From NCBI GenBank assembly GCA_963676395.1, contig OY781066.1, positions 1,504,001 through 1,568,000 on the forward strand: DNA of 64,000 bases. The letters are read 5' to 3'. This DNA is from a bacterium. GTDB lineage: Bacteria > Fidelibacterota > Fidelibacteria > Fidelibacterales > Fidelibacteraceae. The notes under the pieces are model-generated. The model saw only the letters and a program-made list of their open reading frames with translations, was not told the origin of the DNA and searched no databases. Made by a program: the position numbers and the translations under genes. The first letter of the stretch is position 1; each line of letters opens with the position of its first letter. This document shows, piece after piece, positions 57,079-64,000 of this stretch.

Positions 57079-58416
57079 TTAGAAAGAGATATCTTTACCT
57101 TGGATTAAACGTTCGCGTTCTTGGTTGATAATTCCACGCCAATTATCATCAGAACGACCTATATTGAAAGCGTTAAGGGCATTTTGTTTGTCACCCAGTT
57201 TTGCATATGCAACGCCCAGTTCAAACCAACCGCCGCCGAAATCACTTCTTGCAGTTGTTACTTCGCGAGCAGTATCTAAAGCTTTTCTGTAATCACCTGA
57301 GCGGTTGTATGCAAAGGCCAGGCGATAATTAGTAAAATATTTCTTAGAAGGATTCGAAATCAATTTGGCTGCTTCAGCCAGTTGAACGATAGCTTCCGTA
57401 TAGCGTTCTTGGTTATTCAATAATTCACCGTAGCTCTCACGAGCTGCCGCTGATTTAGGCGAATAAAGAATCGCTTTTTTTAAATTATTTTCAGCTTTAT
57501 CCAATTGGTTTAAGGCAAGATAAACCTGACCAATTGTGGTATATGATTTAGCGTATGACGGTTTGAGCTCGATTGCTTTTAATAGTGCCTCTTCAGCTTT
57601 TTCGTATTGTTTTAAACGACGATATGTTGAACCGAGGTTATACCACGCCGAGTTAGATGTTGGATTGTATTTAGCCGCTTTTTCCATGTTTTCAGCTGCA
57701 GCGTAGTAATCACCTTGTTTTAAATTAATATAACCCAGTAAACCATAAGCAGAGCCGAATTCCGAGTTAATACGAAGCGAGGTGCGAGTTTTACGTTCGG
57801 CGGTTATAATATCATTCATACGAAGTGCGTCTTGAGCTTCTTTTAATATTTTTCCGGCAAGTATGTTCTTAGCTTTTGAATATTTTTCAACTGTAGGAGC
57901 AAGAATGCTTGCTTTGTCAAAATTATCACGAGCGGCATCATAATCGTTTTCCTGGATTGCAATAAAACCTAAACGATAGTAGAGCTCGGCAACCGAAGGG
58001 TTGGCAACGATCAGTTCATTGTATATTCTTTTAGCGGTTTCATAATTCTGGGCATCCACTTCACGTTGAGCATCCATTACCTGAGTGACCATATCGCGCA
58101 ATTCATTGAATTTATCGCGATAACTTTGTTCTGAAGGGTTAAAGTCGATCGCTTCGCGAACGAGTACTTGAGCTTCTGATAGATTACCGTACATCAATTC
58201 AATTTGATGATAAGCAAAAAGTGCCGGAGCAAAGGTGGAATCTTGTGCCAATACCTCATCAAGAAGAGCTTGAGCTGAAGCGGCATCGAATTCAGTTAAG
58301 AGTTGTGTTGCTGCATCTACTTTTGCTTGATAAGTTTCTTTGTCCGCATCTTGAGCATACAGTGAAAATGCAGAGATAAGGCAAAGGGTCAATATCAAAA
58401 CTTTCTTAAGGTTCAT
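57079..58416 (-). CDS. secreted tetratricopeptide repeat protein
   Basis: Signal peptide; multiple TPRs (AWYNLG..Y, SYTTIGQVY, WFELGVAY). Confidence 0.9.
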   Translation of the reverse strand: MNLKKVLILTLCLISAFSLYAQDADKETYQAKVDAATQLLTEFDAASAQALLDEVLAQDSTFAPALFAYHQIELMYGNLSEAQVLVREAIDFNPSEQSYRDKFNELRDMVTQVMDAQREVDAQNYETAKRIYNELIVANPSVAELYYRLGFIAIQENDYDAARDNFDKASILAPTVEKYSKAKNILAGKILKEAQDALRMNDIITAERKTRTSLRINSEFGSAYGLLGYINLKQGDYYAAAENMEKAAKYNPTSNSAWYNLGSTYRRLKQYEKAEEALLKAIELKPSYAKSYTTIGQVYLALNQLDKAENNLKKAILYSPKSAAARESYGELLNNQERYTEAIVQLAEAAKLISNPSKKYFTNYRLAFAYNRSGDYRKALDTAREVTTARSDFGGGWFELGVAYAKLGDKQNALNAFNIGRSDDNWRGIINQERERLIQGKDISF

Positions 58417-58459
58417 ATCGTTTCCTTTCATGTTGGTGTTTAGTTACACCCGACTAGAG

Positions 58460-58544
58460 TGCCCAGGGCGGGACTTGAACCCGCACAACTGTAACAGTTA
58501 CATGGCCCTCAACCATGCGCGTCTGCCAATTCCGCCACCTGGGC
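58460..58544 (-). tRNA. tRNA-Leu(GAG)
   Basis: GCCCAGG acceptor, GGCGGAATTGGCAGACGC D arm, CATGG-TTGAGGG-CCATG anticodon arm, long variable arm, GGTTCAAGTCC; CCA not encoded; downstream of secG. Confidence 0.95.
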
Positions 58545-58591
58545 AAAAACATGCAAATATATGCATGCTATAAATTAAATCAAAATAATTT

Positions 58592-58948
58592 CTATTCGCC
58601 TTCGGGTTCTACTGGAGCTGTGGGTTGTTCAACTTCCACGTTGCTTGGCATAGGCAATCCTGATGCTTGCGTAGCAACTTGTTTGCCGGCTTGTTTCTGA
58701 ACGACAGAGGTAGTATTAACGTTGTTGTTACGAACAACATGCAAGTTGATCGCCATGATAAGTACAAAAAAACCAACACCGGCCCACTGTGTGAACTTTG
58801 ATAAAAAAGTAGCCGCTGAACGACCGCCAAGTACCGATGAAGCACCTGTTACAGCTGCCATGCCGTCACCTTTTGATGATTGCATAAGCACAGATAGAAT
58901 CAAAAGAATCGATACGATGATCAATAAAATTACGAGTAAGGTATACAT
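58592..58948 (-). CDS. secG: preprotein translocase subunit SecG
   Basis: VLMQSSKG.G, FLSK.T; tpiA-secG-tRNA-Leu synteny. Confidence 0.93.
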   Translation of the reverse strand: MYTLLVILLIIVSILLILSVLMQSSKGDGMAAVTGASSVLGGRSAATFLSKFTQWAGVGFFVLIMAINLHVVRNNNVNTTSVVQKQAGKQVATQASGLPMPSNVEVEQPTAPVEPEGE

Positions 58949-58959
58949 TCTATTTTCCT

Positions 58960-59727
58960 TTATTTGCTGAGTTTATCGCCGGTTTCGATCATTGAGAAGA
59001 AATCATCAACTTTCAAACTGGCTCCGCCAATTAACAAGCCGTCAATGTCATTCTCAGAGAGTAAGGTTTCTGCGTTTGCCGGTTTAGCTGAGCCACCGTA
59101 AAGGATTTGAACTTTTTCAGCTGTTTCGGCATCACATCTTTCTTCGAGCACCTTGCGAATAAAACGATGAACATCTTGCGCTTGTTCCGGACTTGCTGTT
59201 AAACCTGTACCGATAGCCCAAACGGGTTCGTAGGCAAGAACGAGTTTTAGAACTTCTTCGTTGCTTAAGTCCGCCAAGGCGCCCAAAACCTGTGTTTTAA
59301 CAACATCTTCAGTGATGTTGCCTTCACGTTGGTCTTTGGTCTCACCGATACAAACAACGGGAGTTAAACCGTTCTTTAGAGCTTGTTTCGTCTTAAGGTT
59401 AACACCTTCATCCGTTTCGCCATAGTATTGGCGGCGTTCTGAATGGCCTAGAAGTACATGTGAGCATTTAGCGTCTAAAAGCATTTCGGCAGATGTTTCG
59501 CCGGTGTAAGCACCGCGATCGGCATCACTCATGTTTTGAGCAGCTACATGAACCGGGGTGTCGCCCAAGATAGAGACCATTGCAGGGATGGATGTGGCAG
59601 AAGGAGCCAAAAGAATTTCAACTTTGTGACCTTCAAGACCTTTAGCTTTGAACGCACGGCAGAACTCTTCCGTTTGAGTTGCTGTGTGGTTCATTTTCCA
59701 GTTTCCGGCAATAAATAATTTACGCAT
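58960..59727 (-). CDS. tpiA: triosephosphate isomerase
   Basis: AGNWKMN, GHSERR, AYEPVWAIGTG, YGGS. Confidence 0.98.
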   Translation of the reverse strand: MRKLFIAGNWKMNHTATQTEEFCRAFKAKGLEGHKVEILLAPSATSIPAMVSILGDTPVHVAAQNMSDADRGAYTGETSAEMLLDAKCSHVLLGHSERRQYYGETDEGVNLKTKQALKNGLTPVVCIGETKDQREGNITEDVVKTQVLGALADLSNEEVLKLVLAYEPVWAIGTGLTASPEQAQDVHRFIRKVLEERCDAETAEKVQILYGGSAKPANAETLLSENDIDGLLIGGASLKVDDFFSMIETGDKLSK

Positions 59728-59751
59728 TTATTTTTTCCTTTTATAAAGAGC

Positions 59752-60975
59752 TTATTTACAGTTGCAGTTAGGACAGCATTTTTCAGCGATCTCCGCCACT
59801 GCGGGAAGCGTTAAACCTGAGATTAATTCCAAAGAAGCACCGCCACCTGTTGAAACGTGTGAGATACGATCAGAAAAACCCAGTTTTTTAACCGCAGCTG
59901 CTGAATCACCACCACCGACCAGTGAGATAGCACCTTTGTCAGTTGCATCGGCAACGGCTGAACATACGGCTTCGGTACCTTTGGCAAAGTTTGGCATTTC
60001 AAAAACACCCATAGGGCCGTTCCAAAGAACGGTTTTACTATTTGCGATTACATCTGAAAATAACTTAACGGTACGGGGACCGATATCCAAGCCGATTTGA
60101 TCATTTGGCATTGCATCAACATCTACAATTGTTGAAAGGGCTTCATTTTTAAATTCGCCGGCACATACAACATCAACGGGGAGAAGGAAGTTTACCTTTG
60201 ATTCTTTAACGGCTTCAAGAATTTCTTTTGCCAATTCGACCTTGTCTTCTTCGAGAAGTGAGTTGCCGATCTCGTAACCCATAGCTTTGTAAAAGGTAAA
60301 AATCATACCACCACCAACGATCAGGTTATCAACTTTATCCATCAGGTGACGAATGGTATCGATTTTCCCTGAAATCTTTGCACCACCAAGAATAGCCGTG
60401 TAGGGACGTACGGGATCTTCAAGTTTATCTTTTAAGTAGACAAGTTCTTTTTCGAGCAGTAGGCCTGAGACAGGCTTTTCAAAATGTTTTGCAACACCGA
60501 CGGTTGAAGCATGTGCGCGGTGAGATGTGCCAAAAGCATCGTTAACATAAGCATCACCAAACGAAGCGATCTTAGCTGCGAAATCATCGTGGTTTTTCTT
60601 TTCTGCTTTATAAAAACGAAGATTTTCAAGTAGCAGAACTTCACCGGGCTTCAGTGTGGCTGCCATTTCGGCGGCTTCGTCTCCGACGCAGTCAGGAGCG
60701 AATTTTACATCGATATCTAAAAGTTCACCTAGTCTTTTTTGAACGGGCTTTAGTGAGAAAGCTTCTTCGTAGCCTTCACCTTTGGGACGACCCAAATGGC
60801 TCATGGCAATCACTGAACCGCCATCATTCAATACCTTCTTTATTGTAGGCAGTGAAGAGACGATTCGGAAATCATTTGTGATGTTTCCATTTGCATCTAC
60901 AGGAACATTAAAATCCACACGGATCAAGACCCGTTGGTTTGAAAAGTTGACATCGTTTACAGTCAATCGTGACAT
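59752..60975 (-). CDS. pgk: phosphoglycerate kinase
   Basis: RVDFNVP, SHLGRP, LLENLRF, WNGPMG.FE, STGGGASLE. Confidence 0.98.
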   Translation of the reverse strand: MSRLTVNDVNFSNQRVLIRVDFNVPVDANGNITNDFRIVSSLPTIKKVLNDGGSVIAMSHLGRPKGEGYEEAFSLKPVQKRLGELLDIDVKFAPDCVGDEAAEMAATLKPGEVLLLENLRFYKAEKKNHDDFAAKIASFGDAYVNDAFGTSHRAHASTVGVAKHFEKPVSGLLLEKELVYLKDKLEDPVRPYTAILGGAKISGKIDTIRHLMDKVDNLIVGGGMIFTFYKAMGYEIGNSLLEEDKVELAKEILEAVKESKVNFLLPVDVVCAGEFKNEALSTIVDVDAMPNDQIGLDIGPRTVKLFSDVIANSKTVLWNGPMGVFEMPNFAKGTEAVCSAVADATDKGAISLVGGGDSAAAVKKLGFSDRISHVSTGGGASLELISGLTLPAVAEIAEKCCPNCNCK

Positions 60976-61312
60976 TATAAATCCTCCAGTTTGCTTTAGC
61001 TTGCAAATATACTACATATTTATAAAAAAGGAAGTGTTTTTTCAATTGAGACTTGAGTATTGAAGATGAAAATGTGTTTAATTATGTTGAATAGAGAGCT
61101 GAATATATGATGATATTTCTATGGTTGAAAATGTAGGACTTTCGTTTTTCCGTATAAATTTGCATTTAAATTTGCTGTTTTCATTCATCTTTCGGTTTTC
61201 AATTCTTCATAATCTTATTTCTTGGAATTTGTCTCTTGTCTCTTGTGTAAATACTGTTTACATTACTGAGTTAATTTTCGAATATGAATCATATTATCAT
61301 AGAAGGACTATT

Positions 61313-61843
61313 ATGGAATTCAAACATCAGATGATCGGCTCAACTCTGCTGTTCAAATATCACGATCCCGTATTCAACGAAGTGGGGATCATTCACTATA
61401 AGCGCAATCTTGCAACCTTGCTTGGAAAGCATGATGTGAAGGATATTATTCTTGATATTGAAAAGACCAAGATCGTTGATAACAATGGTTTGTCGGCTAT
61501 TATGTTTGCTCGCCGTTATACTGCTGCGCAAGGCTATAAATGTTATCTTGCCATGCCTCGTCCCAAATTATTATCTTTGTTAAAGACGGCAAAATTCACC
61601 AATTTTTTTGAAATATTCCCCCGGAAAGATGAATATCAAGTGTTTTTAAAGGGACTGGTAGAGCAGGCCGATAAAGAAAAAGCCGAAAGAGATGCCGAAA
61701 AAGCCAAAAAGGCAGAAGAAGCTCGCAAGAAAAAAGAAGAAAATAGAAAAAAATCTACTGAAGACGGTGGCAATCCAAATAATGGCAATGGAAATGGGGA
61801 AAACAAACCTCGTAAAAGAATTATCAAGAAAAAAGCCGATTAA
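61313..61843 (+). CDS. STAS domain protein with charged C-terminal tail
   Basis: IILD......VDNNGL..I, L..LL....F...F; start MEFKH (AAGGA SD). Confidence 0.75.
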   Translation: MEFKHQMIGSTLLFKYHDPVFNEVGIIHYKRNLATLLGKHDVKDIILDIEKTKIVDNNGLSAIMFARRYTAAQGYKCYLAMPRPKLLSLLKTAKFTNFFEIFPRKDEYQVFLKGLVEQADKEKAERDAEKAKKAEEARKKKEENRKKSTEDGGNPNNGNGNGENKPRKRIIKKKAD

Positions 61844-61899
61844 TTGTAGTTGGCCGATGCCCGGCAAACGGTCATCGGGGTAAACGATAGAAATATAAG

Positions 61900-61924
61900 A
61901 AGGGCTGAGATGTTCAGCCCTTTT
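61900..61924 (+). terminator. intrinsic terminator
   Basis: AAGGGCTGA-GATGT-TCAGCCCTT plus T tail. Confidence 0.75.
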
Positions 61925-61946
61925 ATTGTTTTATTCAATATATTAT

Positions 61947-61979
61947 CTGACTACTGACTACTGACTACTGACTACTGAC
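61947..61979. repeat. perfect heptamer repeat (CTGACTA)x4 plus partial copy
   Basis: Includes the TAG stop of the 61972-62652 gene. Confidence 0.95.
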
Positions 61980-62652
61980 CTCTAACTTCTAAGATTTGCT
62001 GAGTACATTTTTTGCAACTTATTTTGCCTAAATTCTTAATGTCTTTAGCAAATTCTTCAAAAAACCATTCAAATTCTTCAATGACGCCGTGATCTCGACT
62101 GATTGCGGCTCGTTGGTTGTAAGAATGGGTTTTGCCGTCCCAGTCGACGATTGGGCCGTTTTCGAGGTAGATGGCGCAACCAAAACCGACGAATTCTTTT
62201 TGAGCTTCATGGAATTTTTCTTTGACATGGTTAAAGTAGGTCTTGTCCAGCTGAACACCATCCACGACTAGCCATTGTCCGTTAAAAAATACTTCAACCC
62301 AGGCAGAAATAAGATGATTCGGGAGCATGTTAAATTTTAGGGGAGGGATAATGCCGCTATACATTTCCTTTTTTACGGTAAAAGCGTGGAAGCGGCAAAG
62401 AATACCGCAGGCATCCAGAAGAGTTTTGAATAATATGCTTTTATTGAGGGCATTTGCGTGTCCGATTTCAATGACTTGAGAGGCCGAAAGTAGAGCTTTT
62501 TTAGAAAACCCAAACACGATCTCATTTTGAACATAGTCAAAAATATGACCGATCTTATTCTTTTCCCCAAAGCGTTTCCAACCTTTTTCTTTTATTAAGG
62601 TTTGTATTATCGGGTTGTCTTTGTCAAATATTATATTTGGGTCTTGTAGCAA
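61972..62652 (-). CDS. transglutaminase-like protein, catalytic residues apparently lost
   Basis: IFDYVQNEI.FG, ASQV...G...K..L...L....GI.CR.H, WVEVF.NG.W...DG. Confidence 0.75.
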   Translation of the reverse strand: MLQDPNIIFDKDNPIIQTLIKEKGWKRFGEKNKIGHIFDYVQNEIVFGFSKKALLSASQVIEIGHANALNKSILFKTLLDACGILCRFHAFTVKKEMYSGIIPPLKFNMLPNHLISAWVEVFFNGQWLVVDGVQLDKTYFNHVKEKFHEAQKEFVGFGCAIYLENGPIVDWDGKTHSYNQRAAISRDHGVIEEFEWFFEEFAKDIKNLGKISCKKCTQQILEVRGQ

Positions 62653-62903
62653 AATATCACCTTGTTCGTTACTCCTCTAAATATACAGATTGCCTAAGTA
62701 AGAAAAAAACAATAAATGGAATAAGCGCACATTCGATTAATTGGGCAATTTAAGAGAAGTGAATTGCGAATATTATCTATTTGTTGATCGGTATTATTGG
62801 TAACTGAGGATGGCGATTTTGATTTTAGGATATGCTTTGATGTAAGAATATCAGCTTATTTTTTTAAGCAGTTCAATTTTAATTTTAATACGTATTTTCC
62901 TTT

Positions 62904-62931
62904 TTGAAAAATCGACTAAAAAACTTATAAT
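62904..62931 (+). promoter_or_regulatory. putative sigma70 promoter for dciA-gyrB
   Basis: TTGAAA-N16-TATAAT. Confidence 0.45.
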
Positions 62932-63009
62932 ATGCGCTTGAAAAGCCTGAAAATCGCCCCCATTTTCTAAGTAATAAAGTATATAATATTAGCTTAGTAG
63001 TGTTATTAA

Positions 63010-63018
63010 TGTTATATT
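63010..63018 (+). promoter_or_regulatory. extended -10 element, leaderless start of dciA
   Basis: TG-T-TATATT-N6-ATG, no SD. Confidence 0.5.
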
Positions 63019-63024
63019 ATAAGC

Positions 63025-63300
63025 ATGAAAAAGATCAACTCGGCTGTAGATAATTTGGTTGCTCGTATTATCGGCAGAAATGCCATGAGAGAGCATGAAG
63101 CATTCAGGAGTTGGAACGCCCTTGTCGGTGAACATGTGGCCCGGAATTCGGTGCCTGTTAGAGTAGAAAACGGTGTGTTGTACGTCAGTGCGAAAAACTC
63201 GGTCTGGCGTCAGGAATTGAGTATGCAGAAGCCGCAGATATTGAATAAGATCGAGGAGAGATTTGGCAAGGGTGTGATCAGAGATATTCGTATTCAATAA
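63025..63300 (+). CDS. dciA: DUF721/DciA family replicative helicase loader
   Basis: W..LVG..VA..S.P.....G.L.V...NSVW.QEL; upstream of gyrB. Confidence 0.85.
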   Translation: MKKINSAVDNLVARIIGRNAMREHEAFRSWNALVGEHVARNSVPVRVENGVLYVSAKNSVWRQELSMQKPQILNKIEERFGKGVIRDIRIQ

Positions 63301-63336
63301 GCGCGCATTCCACACGAAACCATAGTAAGGAGATAT

Positions 63337-64000
63337 ATGTACAGTAGTGCAAACGATTACAAATCGGATAAGATCAAGGTGTTGCAGGGGCTTGAAGCCG
63401 TACGAAAACGTCCTGCAATGTATATTGGTGATACCGGGAAACGCGGTTTGCATCATTTGGTGTATGAAGTTGTAGACAACTCGATTGATGAAGCATTGGC
63501 CGGTTTTTGTGATAAGATCGTCGTAACCGTTCATAAAGATAATAGTATTAGTGTTGAGGATGACGGGCGTGGTATGCCCGTTGATATGCATCCAACTGAA
63601 AAAAGACCCGGTGTTGAGGTTATTATGACCGTTCTTCATGCCGGCGGTAAATTTGATAAGGGATCTTATAAAGTTTCCGGTGGTCTTCACGGTGTAGGTG
63701 TTTCTTGTGTGAATGCTTTGTCAAAATATGTCAAGGTTGTGATTAATCGTAATGGAAAAAAATACCAACAAGAATATGCTTGTGGTGACCCTACTTCGGG
63801 TTTGGTTGATATCGGTACTTCCAAGAGGACGGGTACAACCGTTACATTTCTACCGGATGAAACTATTTTTTCAGAAACCGTTTATGATTATAAGGTTTTG
63901 CGTGAACGTTTGCGAGAATTGGCATTCTTGAATAAGGATGTTCATATCACGCTTCACGATGAACGTACAGGTGTTGAAGATGTGTTTCACGCTAAAGGCG
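63337..64000 (+). CDS. gyrB: DNA gyrase subunit B (5' part)
   Basis: [59 protein letters not shown]. Confidence 0.95.
   Translation, partial: MYSSANDYKSDKIKVLQGLEAVRKRPAMYIGDTGKRGLHHLVYEVVDNSIDEALAGFCDKIVVTVHKDNSISVEDDGRGMPVDMHPTEKRPGVEVIMTVLHAGGKFDKGSYKVSGGLHGVGVSCVNALSKYVKVVINRNGKKYQQEYACGDPTSGLVDIGTSKRTGTTVTFLPDETIFSETVYDYKVLRERLRELAFLNKDVHITLHDERTGVEDVFHAKG

Noticed and set aside
58460..58544. tRNA-anchored genomic island
   Set aside because: No integrase or duplicated tRNA 3' end seen.
61850..61880. c-di-GMP riboswitch (GGCAAAC seen)
   Set aside because: Simple 3'-UTR hairpin; second stem and upstream-of-gene context missing.
3002..62570. Numerous short ORFs overlapping recognised genes
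   Set aside because: No motifs or RBS; antisense or off-frame shadows.
62700..63020. oriC
   Set aside because: AT-rich, but I found no TTATCCACA-like DnaA box cluster.
62989..63690. 233-aa minus-strand ORF
   Set aside because: Antisense shadow of dciA and gyrB.

Overview
AT-rich bacterial chromosomal segment, most consistent with an FCB-group organism (Marinimicrobia-like; inferred from a TonB receptor, many lipoproteins and a secreted enzyme with a 'YPNPFNPST' T9SS/FlgD-type C-terminal domain). Left to right: partial PAS sensor; ABC-2 exporter; thiamine salvage operon (methyltransferase-thiM-thiE-thiL-thiD-tenA); TonB-dependent receptor preceded by a His-rich/CxxC/RAPP leader ORF; an accessory stretch with small paralogous membrane genes and pseudogenes; ECF sigma pair; an mtaB/3D/LeuC-like/GH10-like unit next to spoIID-like and ampG-like genes; an AT-rich lipoprotein pair; hflKC; a single-chain AddA-AddB helicase-nuclease; a four-helix-bundle remnant; an MtnA-aldolase fusion; housekeeping genes (pyrC, ilvE, nnr, sodN, tRNA-Leu, secG, tpiA, pgk); dciA and the 5' part of gyrB. 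Best candidates for undescribed biology: (1) an apparently leaderless RAPP arrest-peptide-like uORF whose last codons can base-pair with the TonB receptor Shine-Dalgarno (putative metal-sensing translational switch); (2) the AddAB fusion; (3) heptamer tracts starting at stop codons; (4) apparently intact genes for catalytically degenerate proteins; (5) candidate sRNAs. All calls are by-eye motif recognition; no database searches were run.
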